Origin: Octopus vulgaris
Taxonomy: Eukaryota
Assembly: GCA_951406725.2 (NCBI GenBank)
Contig: OX597815.1
Location: 27,466,001-27,530,000 of the forward strand
Direction: 5' to 3'
Length of the DNA: 64,000 bases
This document shows, piece after piece, positions 1 to 12,417 of the stretch. Both the position numbers and the translations under genes were made by a program. The number at the start of each line of letters is the position of its first letter. Position 1 is the first letter of the stretch. Under the pieces are notes generated by a model. It saw only the letters and a program-made list of their open reading frames with translations, made no database searches and was not told where the DNA came from.

Positions 1-314
1 GAAATAACTGGTTATTAATAGCTGACATTCTTTATAACTGAGCCCTGTTTGTCTTGATGTGCAACAAAGAATGAGGCTACTTCTATATTTTTTATTATTT
101 TGGCCTGATCAGGTAACTGTTACCCTGAAGTAGATGAATGAATAAAAGATAAGAGAAATAAAAGGTGATTGAAACAAGACAATTATGAAAGAAACTATTA
201 TGAAATATTTAACAAGTCGACATATTATCCAAGAACTAAGTAAATAGATTTATTGTCCGTATGTATGTAAGTGTATGTCAGTATATATATATAGTGCGAA
301 TTTACATATATGTA

Positions 315-364
<50 letters not shown>

Positions 365-660
365 ACATGCTTCTTAGACAAATTAAGACAGGATGTATTT
401 TTTTTTATTTTCAAATAATGTCAGTGAGGAATGTTAGGAATCAGGTTTAAAAAGTTGTGATCATGATTCTGGTTCTAAACCTTGCCACATCTGTTTGGTT
501 TGTGGGAGTTGCCTTTGAAATACAGACTGGTTTGCGGAGTAAGAAGAGGTGAGAGGCAAGCGCCATTAATATATTGGAATGACAGATATGCCTGTCACAA
601 GTATGTTAGTGTCACATTATATGTACAAGCACACACACACACACATACACACATATATAT

Positions 661-767
661 GAATGTTGTTGACAATGACTTTGAAACTTTGGCCATTTAA
701 GCAATTGTCAGACAGTCTGACAATGGCTTAACTAGCCAAAACTTTGAAGTCACTGTCAACAACATTC
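661..767. repeat. Imperfect palindrome, 53-bp arms with 1-nt centre
   Basis: gaatgttgttgac...ttgtcagac-a-gtctgacaa...gtcaacaacattc; about 45/53 arm identity. Confidence 0.9.
711..757 (+). ncRNA. Decayed minimal type I hammerhead ribozyme motif (right arm of a 107-bp palindrome)
   Basis: gacagt(stem I)-ctgacaa-t-ggct/taact/agcc(stem II)-aaaa-ctttgaag(near-palindromic stem III)-tc-actgtc(stem I'). Departures from CUGANGA, GAAA and cttcgaag are all CpG-type transitions. Confidence 0.65.
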
Positions 768-1117
768 TTCTATAAGAATAAGAATTTTGTACTCTACTAA
801 CTCATCAGATTAATGTAAAATTCTTTTTAGTATAACTCAACATAAAAAAAGACCATTTATATGTATATATTAAGATGAGTGGTTTGTTAGAGCTATATAA
901 GCCATGTGGTCCAACCCATGCCGGCATGGAAAATGGAAGTTAAAGAATAATGATGATGATAATAATATTAATGCATGAGAGAAGCAGGGTCTTTAATGTG
1001 GACCTAACTGAGGGATCAGCCACCAGGGTCTCTCTCTGTTGGGTTAAACTGCTGATATGACAGTCGTATGATAAGATAAAGCAATTAAGGATATGAAGAC
1101 AGGGAAAGCCTCTGGAC

Positions 1118-1480
1118 CAGTGATTTCCACTGGAGGAGCCTGGGAAAATTGTGGTGGGGTGTGGGATCCAAAATTTTTTCTTTTCTCCTTTTTTGTTTTT
1201 AGTGGGACATGGAATTGTGAAAATCTTATTTTCTCAGCAAATACTCCACCTATACACAGCCTAGCCAAACCAATCCCTCTATCCACCCAAGCACACTGTG
1301 TGAAGACTGTTTGCTACAGTATAGCACTAATCAAATGCTGTAGTGTGGATATTTCTTTAAGGAAAATATATCATTGTGAAATATTAAAAATAAAGCTGTT
1401 TTTTACCAAACAATGGTGGGGCATACATTTTTCTAGAAAGTCATAGTGGGGCCTAGCAGGAAATAAGTTGGGAAATACTG
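1118..1480. mobile_element. Non-autonomous hAT (Charlie-like) MITE inserted in the RTE
   Basis: Imperfect TIRs cagtgatttcc / ggaaatactg; 8-bp TSD ctctggac (1110-1117) / ctctagac (1481-1488); excision restores the RTE frame KASGPSGIT. Confidence 0.85.
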
Positions 1481-1509
1481 CTCTAGACCATCAGGAATCA
1501 CTGTTGAAA

Positions 1510-1886
1510 TCATCGTCATCGTCGTTTAACGTCCGTTTTCCATGCTAGCATGGATTGGATGGTTCGACCGGGGTCGGGGAAGTCAGAAGGCTGCACCAGG
1601 CTCCAGTCTGAGCTGGCAGTGTTTCTACAGCTGGATGCTCTTCCTAACGTCAACCACTCTGTGAGTGTAGTTGGTGCTTTTTATGTGCCGCCGGCACAGG
1701 TGCCAGGGAAGGCTGGCAACAGCCACAATCGGTTGGTGCTTTTACTTGCCACCGGCACGGAAGCCAGTCAAGGTGGTGCTGGCATTGACCACGTATGGAT
1801 GGTGCTTTTTACATGCCACTGGCACAGGTGCCAGGGGAGGCTGGCAACAGCCACGATCGGTTGGTGGTTTTTACATGCCACCGGTG
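1510..1886 (-). mobile_element. 5'-truncated RTE 3' UTR ('family B')
   Basis: (GAT)n-type tail, tccatgctagcatgga palindrome, internal gcacgtaaaaagcacc-like repeats. Confidence 0.85.
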
Positions 1887-3451
1887 TAGTCACTCATATC
1901 AGGTTATCTAGGAAGGCATCATTCCTAAAGACAGATGTAATATTATAGCTAGTTGCTACAAGAGTAAAGGTGATGCCTTTGATAGAAACAACTTCAGATG
2001 TATCAAACTGCTGGGCCAAGTCATGAAAGTTATATATAGAGAGAGCTATATCCCAATTTATTGGGAATAGAATTCAACTAGATTAAATGCAGTTTGGTTT
2101 TGTGCCTGGGAAAAGTAACACAGATTCCATCTTCCTAGTAAGACAGCTGTGGGAGAAATATCTAGTCAAAAGTAAACCATTGTACTTGGCTTTTGTTGAA
2201 CTGAAGAAGCTTTTGACAGAATCCCTTGTTCTGTTTATCTGGTGGTCTCTAAGGAAATTAGGAGTAGATGAGTGGCTTGTTAGAGCCATATAAGCCATGT
2301 ATAGTGGAGCTGTCAGTTGAGTGAGAGTAGGCCATGAGTACAGTAACAAATTTAGTGTACAAGTGAGTGTTCATCAGGCCATAACAGTGGGATTTAAAAC
2401 TGGCTGCCTGTGGAAACTTCTGTATGCTGGTGACCTCACACTTATAGCAGAATCTGTAATGAAATTGGAGAAGAAAAACTTAGAATCAAAGGGCTTTAAA
2501 GTTAATATAGCAAAGAACAAAGTTGTTTGCAAGAAAGTGGATAAGACTCTTCTATCAGGTGGATGGCTTTGCTCAATATGTAGGAAATGCGTTGGAAGAA
2601 ATTCCATTCATTCACAGTAGGTCAGCAGAGAGTCGTGTTTGTATGTGGAAGATGCAAAGGAACAATAAACACTAAGGAAACAAGGAAATTAGACTCTCTC
2701 AAACACCCAGGAGACTCCTTTACGGTTATAGATCATTTCTGTTTCCTAGGTGACCAAATTAATAGTGGCAGAGGATGTTCTGAAAGTAGTGTTTCTAGAA
2801 TAAGAATAGGATGGAGAAAATTTAGAGAGCTATTACCTCTATCGGCAACAAAAGGCTTCTCTCTCAGAGTGAAAGGCAGATTGTATGATGCTTGTGTGTG
2901 AACAGCTATTGCTCCATGGCAGCGAGACATGGGTCCTGAATGCAGAGAGTGTGCAGACTGGAAAGGTATGAAGTATGCTCCTATGTATATACAACATCAG
3001 TGTGTGTGTGTGTGTGTGCAACAAAGTGCAATTATGCTGAGAGAAAAGCTGGGTATAAGAGGAATTAGATGTAGCATTCAAAAGGGACTATGTTGGGTTG
3101 GACATGTGACTTGCATGAACAAAGACAGCTGTATAAAGAAGTGCCAATTGCTTTAAGTAGATGGCACTTGCGGAAGAGGGAAACCCAGGAAAACATGAGA
3201 TGAAGTAGTAAGATCCAATCTCAAGGTGTTGGGCTGCTTGCAGGTGATGACAATGGACCAAGATGTCTGGTGATATGAGGTTCTTGAGAAGATCCACCCT
3301 CTTCATTTAATATATTGAAAACTATTTTTTAAAATTCCCTTGTAGCAGCTAAAGTTTGATATCATATCAGATGCTATAATTTTTCTTTGTTAGAAAATTA
3401 ACATTCGGCAAACTTTTCTTCAAAAATCTGAACATATTTTCAAACTTGTAT

Positions 3452-3870
3452 ACTCTTTCTCTTTTACTCTTTTACTTGTTTCAGTCATTTGACTGCGGCC
3501 ATGCTGGAGCACCGCCTTTAGTCGAGCAAATCGACCCCGGGACTTATTCTTTGTAAGCCCAGTACTTATTCTATCGGTCTCTTTTTGCCGAACCGCTAAG
3601 TAAGGGGGACGTAAACACACCAGCATCGGTTGTCAAGCAATGCTAGGGGGACAAACACAGACACACAAACACATACACACACACATATATATATATATAC
3701 ATATATACAACAGGCTTCTTTCAGTTTCCGTCTACCAAATCCACTCACAAGGCATTGGTCGGCCCGAGGCTATAGCAGAAGACACTTGCCCAAGATGCCA
3801 CGCAGTGGGACTGAACCCGGAACGATGTGGTTGGTTAGAAAGCTACTTACCACACAGCCACTCATGCGCC
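3452..3870 (-). mobile_element. Full-length tRNA-derived SINE family A (young copy)
   Basis: Minus-strand head ggcgcatgagtggctgtgtggt (A box) ... gggttcagtccc (B box); internal TA/TG microsatellite; (gtaaaaga)n tail. Confidence 0.9.
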
Positions 3871-4755
3871 TATGATAATATTGTATGATAATATTTTACA
3901 TTTTCCTGTTAATTTTCTATTAACATTTGAAATTATTATTTGTTTGTTTATATGAAACTGCTCTTTCTTATCTTTTCTGATATGTGAAATATTTTCATTT
4001 CACTTGTTTATCAAGAAATACCTCATTTTTGTTTTCCTCTGTTGAGAGATCTTTCCTGTTTTCATTAACTGAGATTCCTCTGCTTTTCAATGAATTATAT
4101 TTTTGTCATGATGATTGTCTTAACATCCTTCTGGCCTTAATCTAAAACCAATGTGACTTGACGTTGCTGTCTTCTATTTCCTATTGAGAGGGATTTGGCT
4201 TTATCTCTTGATGGTATGTATGTAATCCAATTAATTAAAAACATATATATATATAATTATTTATACCCTTGTGATTTTCTCTTCCTCTAACTACTGTTTG
4301 TGTAATTCATTGTTAAGAGTATTTTCAGCTTCTGCATCATTTCCTCACTTCAATCTCTTGTGTGCTTCTGCAGCAGTTCACATCATTCTGTTGATCTTCT
4401 GGAAAATTCTTTATATGGAATTAATATCAAGAGGTTAATGAAATGCCTAAATGTATAACCATAGACTAAAGAATTGTCTGAATTGATTAAAGTGTACTGC
4501 ATCTAAATCTACTATGGTATACAATCTATCTGTCTTTCTCTATGTCTCTTTGTCTAACTGTCTATCTCTTTGTCTCTATCTAACTAGCTATCTGTCCGTT
4601 TTTCTATCTATCAATGTTTATCTAGCTTTATTGGTCTGTCTGTCTATCTACCAATCTCTGCCTGTCTGTCTACCACTCTTATCTATGGTGCTTTTCTTTC
4701 TACGAAATGAGAAGATTCATTGTGGAACTGTTATTCCCTAACGAGTTGTATCTAT

Positions 4756-4925
4756 TTATTATCTGATGAGACACTTCTGCACCGCCAGATGCTCCTGAAC
4801 CAGTCAAGGGTCCACCCATGAGGGACCGATGCTAGATGTGTTGAAACAATTCATCATCATCATCGTTGTCGTTTAACGTCCGTTTTCCATGCTAGCATGG
4901 GTTGGACCATTGTTGTAACTAATAA
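4756..4925 (+). ncRNA. Type I hammerhead-like motif with long stem II insert, split by an RTE 3'-end fragment (4852-4907)
   Basis: ctgatga(4763)-gacac...gtgtt-gaaa(4843)-caatt|insert|cattgttgta-actaataa; stem I is imperfect. Confidence 0.55.
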
Positions 4926-4967
4926 TATTCCATTTTCCATCTTTCATTTATCATATATATATATATA

Positions 4968-5343
4968 TAAAATACAAAATGGGACAAGAATGCAAAACAT
5001 CCAGACAGGCGATACAAAGAAAACAAGGACAGAGCATTCAAAGTTTTATTTCCTCTGTCAAGTACCAAATTATCTTCACAATTTCAGCTGATTATACTTG
5101 AGATTGCTCCAATCTGGCCAGCCCCAATGAGAAACTAAGTTAAGAGCATTAGATTCCTTGGAAGAAAGCAGCAAATGTATACAAAAACAAGGACAGAAAA
5201 AAAACAGACGTCCTTAGTCGAAAGACACATGTTGTTATGTCCTGTTATTATTTTTATTGTATTTGTGTAACATCATCCGTTTTTTTCTGTCCTTGTTTTT
5301 GTATACATTCGCTGCTTTCTTCCAAGGAATCTAATGCTCTTAG
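4968..5343 (-). mobile_element. TA-microsatellite-anchored short element with internal ~65-bp inverted repeat; related to 16701-16830
   Basis: Arms ~5141-5207 and ~5277-5342 are near-perfect reverse complements; the end abutting (TA)n matches 16701-16830. Confidence 0.7.
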
Positions 5344-5511
5344 ACAAAGAGACATAGAGAAAGACAGATAGATTGTATAACATAGTAGATTTAGATGCAG
5401 TACACTTTAATCAATTCAGACAATGCATACACACATATATATACACGCATATATACACACACACGCACACATACACACACACAAGCACACACACACATGC
5501 ACACACACATA

Positions 5512-6218
5512 GATGCAAGCATGGCTGTGTGGTAAGAAGCTTGCTTCCAAATCATATGGTTCCAAGTTCAGTCCTACTACATGGCACCTTGGGTAAGTGT
5601 CCTCTACTATAGCCTTGGGCTGGAAACTAAAATCTTGTGAGTAGATTTGGTTGATGGAAACTGAAAGAAGCCCATTGTATGTGTGTGTGCATGTGTGTTT
5701 GTCTTTGTGCCTGTGTTTGTTCCCCCACCATTGCCTGGCAACTGATGTTGGTGTGTTTATGCCCCCGTAACTTAGTGGTTCAGCAAACAAGACCAATAGA
5801 ATAAGTACCAGGCTTGCAAAGAATAAGTTCTGGAGTTGATTTCTTTGACTAAAAGGCAAATGACTGAAACAAGTAAAAAAATAAAAGAATATATATAAGT
5901 GTCTTCTGCTATAGCCCCGGGCCGACCAATGCCTTGTGAGTGGATTTGGTAGACGGAAACTGAAAGAAGCCTGTCGTATATATGTATATATATATATATA
6001 TGTATGTGTTTGTGTGTCTGTTTGTCCCCCTAGCATTGCTTGACAGCCGATGCTGGTGTGTTTATGTCCCTGTCACTTAGCGGTTCGGCAAAAGAGACCG
6101 ATAGAATAAGTACTGGGCTTACAAAGAATAAGTCCCGGGGTCGATTTGCTCGACTAAAGGCGGTGCTCCAGCATGGCCGCAGTCAAATGACTGAAACAAG
6201 TAAAAGAGTAAAAGAGTA
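5512..6218 (+). mobile_element. Two adjacent SINE A copies (older 5512-5888; young 5'-truncated 5897-6218)
   Basis: Reverse-complement matches to 3452-3870. Confidence 0.88.
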
Positions 6219-6864
6219 TACATGCATATATGTGTGTGTGTGTGAGTGTATTTTTGTATTTAACGGAATAATGTATCGCTAAAGTTGAGAAAATGTATCT
6301 TATGATCTCAAAATTTTTTTTTGAAATATTGATAATCCTCAAGATTTAATTAATGCTTTTGATAACATCGCTGTAAGAGTGTTGTTGCTGGAGTTCAGCA
6401 CCTGCTATGATAACAGCTAGAAGAAGACATCGTCAGTAGCAAGGCTGAAGAAACACACCATACTTCAGAACGGTATTAAAATAAGACTTTCATTCAAATA
6501 TTGTAGGTGATCACAGTTTGAAATGTGAAGTAGTATTTTCTTTTTGAATATTACTTCACATCTAAGACCTCACCAATAGAGATTTTGGTCATATGATTAT
6601 GATGCCTGTCTGTCTATGTCTCTGCATTTGTATGTGTGTGTTGACTGATCTCTTTGAAGAGATGTTGTATGTCTGTCTGTATGTATATATGAATGTAAAG
6701 ATTTTGAAAATTGTTATGTGGATGTATTATCTGAGTTATGTGTGTAGATCTGTATAGGTATGAGTATATGCACTTGTCTGGCTAGGTGTGTTTGACACCT
6801 TAGTCTTACTGCTTGTTTCTTAAAGGTAACTGGACCTAATTCTTTATTAGTTGTCCATTATTTC

Positions 6865-6921
6865 CGTTTTCTCTCTCTTACTCTCTCACTCTGTCATTGT
6901 CTCTCTCTCTCTCTCTCTCTC

Positions 6922-6962
<41 letters not shown>

Positions 6963-7305
6963 ACTCTCTCTTCCCTCTCTCCCTTACCTTCTTACTCCTT
7001 GTTTCTGCCTCTGTCCGTCACACTTCTCTTTCCATTCTTTCCTCCCCTCTCTCCATTCTCTTTTCTTTCTCTCTCTCTCCTCTTCCCCTCTCTCCCCTCT
7101 ATTCTCTCCCTCCTCTGTCTATCTTTCTCCCTCTCTCCCCATTTTTCCCCTTTTTCTCCCTGTCTCCCTCCTGCTAACCCCATTTTTCTGTCTCCACCTC
7201 CCACTTACCCCATCTCTCTCCTCTCTTCCCTCACCTCTCCCCTCCTCTTGTCTTCCCTCCTCTTGTCTCCTCTCCTCCCTTCTCCCCTACTTTCCCTCTC
7301 CCCTC
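6865..7305. repeat. (CT)n / polypyrimidine low-complexity tract
   Basis: About 440 bp almost entirely C/T. Confidence 0.95.
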
Positions 7306-7886
7306 ACACATAGAATCCACTATTACAGTTTATCAATGAAAGAGGAAGCAACTACTGGATACCTGCTGTAAGGTATATTGTTTATTTAAACTGAATTCTT
7401 TTTCCTCCTGATTCATCTTTCACCACACCAATTTCGGTTTACCTGAAAATTACTGTTACCTGAAAACTACTGTGACATGAAACTCAAGTCATGAGAAGGA
7501 TTCACTACATAAAAACCAGTTCCCTCTTTTCTACACTCCCACTCAGCCTAGTAGGTTCTTCATAGCCATGTGAGTTACAAGACAACATCATTAATGCTGG
7601 TGCCACAACTAAAAACACCCAGTACATTCTGTAAAGTTACCATTGTTAGAAAGGGCATTGGAGCTGTAGACACCATGCCAAAGCAGACATCGGAGCACAA
7701 TGCATGCTGTCCTCTGATTCATCAAATCCTGTCAAACCATTCTGCCTATGCTGACATTGATGACGGGTGTTAAATAATTATAATGGTGATGATGTTGAAG
7801 ATAACTTTACTGCTAATGCCACTGACGCCAACGATATGTATATTTTTTAGATTTAATTTGTCTATTAAGTAAGCACACTCACAGCC

Positions 7887-7923
<37 letters not shown>

Positions 7924-8229
7924 ATATCTTTGAATACATGCTTATTATAAAAAAATCTATTCTGGCTGGCTTTAACATGTTGGCTATTGTCCAGATATTC
8001 TAAATGTTGGCTATAACTTACAGTTAAAGAGAGAGTCATGTGTTACATAAAAGAAAACAAATTTAACTAGCTCTATTCTCAAATAATTCACCAGCACTAC
8101 TATTGCCATAATCATCAGAACATCCACTACAACCAAAAGTTGTAATATTGCGGTTTATTTGGACTGTAGAAAGACTATACAACAGTTTTGATTTATCATT
8201 ATTGTTGTTGTTGTTGTTGTTATTGTTGC

Positions 8230-9180
8230 AGTGAACAGGCAAGATCATTAGAGTATTGGGAAAAAAAGCTTTGGAATATTTGAAAAAAGGATTTGCAAAA
8301 TCACTGAATACAACTGCACTATATAGAAAACAAGGATGGAAAACCCATGCTGCAACTACCAATAGCATCAATCACAAAAGAATATAAGGCAGGAAAGGAA
8401 AGGACAGTAATGATGCTAAGGGATTCGAAAGATCAGAACAGCTGAGACATAGGATGGCGAGCTGGCAGAAATGTTAGCATGCCGGTCGAAATGCTTTGCC
8501 TTTCATCCCTTTCGGGGTCGATAAATTAAGTACCAGTTATGCACTAGGGTCGATGTAATCGACTTAACCCCTTAGTCTGTCCTTGTTTGTCCCCTCTATG
8601 TTTAGCCCCTTGAGGGCAATAAAGAAAGAACATCTGAGAAAACCCTCCAAAGGTACGAACAGGGAGGAAATGGAAAAGCGGAAGAAGCAGTAAACAGGGC
8701 AATCAGAAAGCTAAGGCGTGCCAATATAGTCGAAGTGATGCAAGAAACAAGAGCCGGTCTAGGGCTGCACAATTTCAGGCCATTTTGCATGAGTAGTGTA
8801 AAAGAGATGAAAGAAGCAGTGGTACACGAAGTGGGAAAGGAGGAAGAAGAAAGGCGAAATGTACATTTGGTGCGATGTAGTCAACAGGGACAGTGTCTGA
8901 GATGGGAGGAATATGTAGTCAGTTGCAGAATCTCATGGAAGGAACTCTGGGCTTGGGAACAAGCAAGAACATCCTTCTTGATCAAGTCTACCTTTGACAT
9001 TTTACCCTCCCTGGTAAATTTAGTCCGGTGGAAAATACAAACAACTGATGAATGTAGATGCGGAGAGAAAGCAACGGTCAGACGTGTTCTGTCAAACTGT
9101 AGGCAAGCATTAGACAGATATACATGATGTCACAATCAAGTCCTCAGTGTCATAAGCACAGCACTCAAGGAGAAGATCGA
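8230..9180 (+). mobile_element. HERO/NeSL-like (RLE) non-LTR retrotransposon fragment, interrupted by SINE C
   Basis: GFAKSLNTTALY; EYKAGKERTVMMLRDSKD; RAGLG...QQGQCLRWE...ISWKELW...SFLIKSTFDILPS..NLVRW; degenerate zinc knuckle CRC...VLSNC..AL..Y..HNQVL. Confidence 0.8.
8453..8628 (+). mobile_element. SINE family C (internally deleted)
   Basis: ggcgagctggcagaa head; ctttgcctttcatccctttcggggtcgataaattaagtaccag core; aataaagaaa end. Confidence 0.85.
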
Positions 9181-9398
9181 GGGAATTCCTCTGAGTTCAA
9201 ATCCCACCTAGATCAGCTTTGGAATTGATAAAATAAAATACCAGTCAAGTACTGGGATTATTCCCCTGAAAATTGCTCCTCTACCCTCTAAAGTTGCTGG
9301 CCTTGAACCAAAGTTAGAAAAAAATATTATTATTCAAACCATCACATGCTATATCAGTTAGCAGGGATGATGCCATAAGGTTTTGGTGATAGGTCTCC

Positions 9399-9930
9399 TC
9401 ACATTTCAAGGAACTTCTTTAGGATTCTTGCAGAGTATAGGGTGGCATTTTTCTGCCAGTTGACGATGCAAATCTCAATTCCAATATCTTTCAACCTGTT
9501 AAGCATCAGCCTGGGTGTCGTGTCAAGTATCTCCATTACCATAGGAATAATGGTTATCTTAATCTTCCACAGTCTCTTCATCTCTCTGGCTAGGTTTTGA
9601 TATTTCTCTATTTTCTCAATATCTTTGATATTCACTCTATTTATCATATATCAGTGCAAAGTTTGTTTCTTTTCTTGCCCTTTATAATCATATCTGGTCT
9701 TCTTGCTTCAATAGTATAACCGGTCTTTAAAATCCTGTAATCATTATTCTCTATCACAGCCTCACTTTCATGTTACTTTAAATTCACATGCTTAGCTGAC
9801 ATTCTAATGAACTCTTTTACCTACACAGTCATGACTGCACTTATACTCTTTTTGTACTAGTTTATTGTTTCACTCAAGAGACAGTTAATACTTTCATTTC
9901 CTTTCACACTGATTCCGTATTTGCTGTATG
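9399..9930 (-). mobile_element. R4/Dong-like non-LTR retrotransposon 3' fragment (RLE endonuclease)
   Basis: HDCVGKRVH; IEARRPDMII; EKIEKYQNLAREMKRLWK....IIPMV...QKNATLYSARILKKFL. Confidence 0.8.
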
Positions 9931-10144
9931 ACTGAGGGTGGTGGATTGGCCACATCATTAGTGGTAAACAGAATGCTTTATGGTATTTGTTCCAGCTTTG
10001 CATCTTCTGAGTTCAAATTCTGCTGAAGTCAGCTTTGTCTTTCATCACTTTGGGGTCAATAAAATAAGTATCAGTTGAGCACTGGAGTTGATTTAATCAA
10101 CTAGCCCTCTCCCACAAAATTTTAGGTCTTTGTGCCTATAATTG

Positions 10145-10185
<41 letters not shown>

Positions 10186-10737
10186 GAGTGAAAGAGCAGT
10201 GCATGCCATCAAAGTGACGCTGGGGTAAAATATACGAAGCCTGGTGTATCCATCATTTCTACCCATCTGATAAGGGTACGCTAGACACATGCATCACAAC
10301 CATACGTGCACAACATGGTAATCTCATATCAAGATAAACAGCACATGACCTTGCAGGTGAGGCCCAGTTAGAATTTTCTTCTGGTCAAGTAACCCATCCT
10401 GCTCAAAAGGTCCCTGAATAAGGGTTGTTTAAGGATGTTGAATGAACCACCCATGTTTCCAGAGGTGAATTATTCAAACTTCAAAGAATTCCTCTCAACA
10501 CATGGCTATGATGCTCCCCCACTACTTCTGCTCCTGATCAGAGATGCACATATCATCAGCCATTAAGGGACATGCTCAACTGGTTAAGGTTAAACAACTG
10601 ACAAGCAAATCTATGGTATTGAGCAGAATATTTGCTGTAGCCCATCTTTTATACCAAGATATAATGTACATGATAACACTTCCAATCAGTTAAGATCAGC
10701 TAGCCGTGAGAGCCACTGCCTGGTACTGCATCAGGGC

Positions 10738-10740
<3 letters not shown>
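10186..10740. mobile_element. ~555-bp non-coding element embedded in a (TTA)n microsatellite
   Basis: Complex sequence bounded on both sides by long (att)n tracts; no TIR or ORF seen. Confidence 0.65.
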
Positions 10741-10789
<49 letters not shown>

Positions 10790-10801
10790 TATTATTTATT
10801 A

Positions 10802-10832
<31 letters not shown>

Positions 10833-12019
10833 AGGATGGTGGATTGGCAGAATCATTAGTATTGGGCAAAATGCCTTATGGTTCTTATTCTGGCTGTGTA
10901 TATTCAAACTCTGACATGGTTGACTACTTTTCATCCTTATGAGGTCAATAAAATAAGTTCCTGTTATGCCTCTATCACTTATATAGTTATTTATTTATTT
11001 AATCAAATTAATTATTTAATCAATCTAAGAGTCCATGTAAAGACAGTAAGCTAAACCAGATCCCTTTATAGGTAAAAACCTATAAAATGAAACAAAGGCA
11101 AAAATATTTAAAAGAATGAAAAAAAGAAGTACAAATAAAAACAGTTAAACGTTTTAAAGTCTTTTTACTGTTTCCATGAAGGGGAAGATCTTATGGTTTA
11201 CCAAATATTTTGATTATTTCTTTAATCATCCCAACAAGGAGTTCTGGAATCTGCTATTGTTAAAATATTGAAAATAGAATGTTGAAAATTCATGCATTGT
11301 GACTCTCAGTTTTGATATAATCAGTAAACTTAAATCTATAATACCTATTTCTTTACTACCCACAACGGGCTAAACACAGAGAAGACAAGCAAGGACAGAC
11401 AAATGAATTAAGTTGATTATATTGACCCCAATACATAACTGATACTTATTTAATTGACCCCGAAAGGAGGAAAGGCAAAGTCGACCTCAGCGGAACTTAA
11501 ATTTATACCACCTATATAAATTTCAGTTGTTATTTAGTCCCTGATAATCTCAGGTTATACAGATCTATTATCAAAGGCAACCCTTTGTATTCAGTCTATA
11601 CAATAGGTACATTATACCCCTTTGTGTCATAAAAAACAATTGAAAGAGTTAACAGGAAGATCATCTGGCCATAAAACACTGCCTTGAAAGGTTTCATCTA
11701 ACTCATGCTAGCATTGAAAATCAGGTGAAAAATGATGATAATGATGATTTTAATTGGGACCATCAAGCCTTTTTTACATGTAATTTATCTCAGATAACAT
11801 TATTGAATATATTTTTCCGCTTTAGAAGGCAGAAAGGTGCAACTTGAGAAAGATTTGGAGTGACCATATAGATACATATTCATTGTTTCGATTAGGTAAA
11901 TGTATGTATACATTTGTCGGTAGGTTTTGATTTTGGTTTTGGGTTACATTCCCCTGCATGACACCTTGGGTCAGTGTCTTCTATAACCTGTTTTATGAGG
12001 GAAATTTGATAGGCGGAGA

Positions 12020-12417
12020 CTTTTTTACTCTTTTACTTGTTTCAGTCATTTGTTTAGTCGAACGAATTGACCCCAGGACTTATTCTTTGTAATCCTAATA
12101 CTTATTCTATCAGTTTCTTTTGCTGAACCGCTAAGTTATGGGGACGTAAACACACCAACATCGGTTGTCAAGCGATGTTGAGGGGACAAACACAGACACA
12201 CAGACATATACACACACATATACATATACATATATATTTATATATATATATATACGATGGGCTTCTTTTAGTTTCCGTCTACCAAATCCACTCACAAGGC
12301 TTTGGTCGGCCCGAGGCTATAGCAGAAGACACTTGCCTATGGTGCCACGCAGTGGGACTGAATCCGGAACCATGTTGTTCGTAAGCAAGCTACTTACTAC
12401 ACAGCCACTCCTACACC
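12020..12417 (-). mobile_element. SINE A
   Basis: Matches 3452-3870. Confidence 0.9.

Larger units (their letters stand above)
1040..3300 (+). mobile_element. Decayed RTE-clade LINE (RT to C-terminus), interrupted by two insertions
   Basis: Frameshifted pieces KAIKDMKTGKASG|PSGITVE, MQFGFVPGKSNTDSIFLVRQLWEKY...LYLAFVE, LLYAGDL (YADD-like), FCFLGDQI...RIRIGWRKFREL...KGRLYDACV, WVGHV. Confidence 0.92.

Noticed and set aside
770-815. Minus-strand ctgatga near 802-808 as another hammerhead
   Set aside because: No convincing stems II/III or GAAA.
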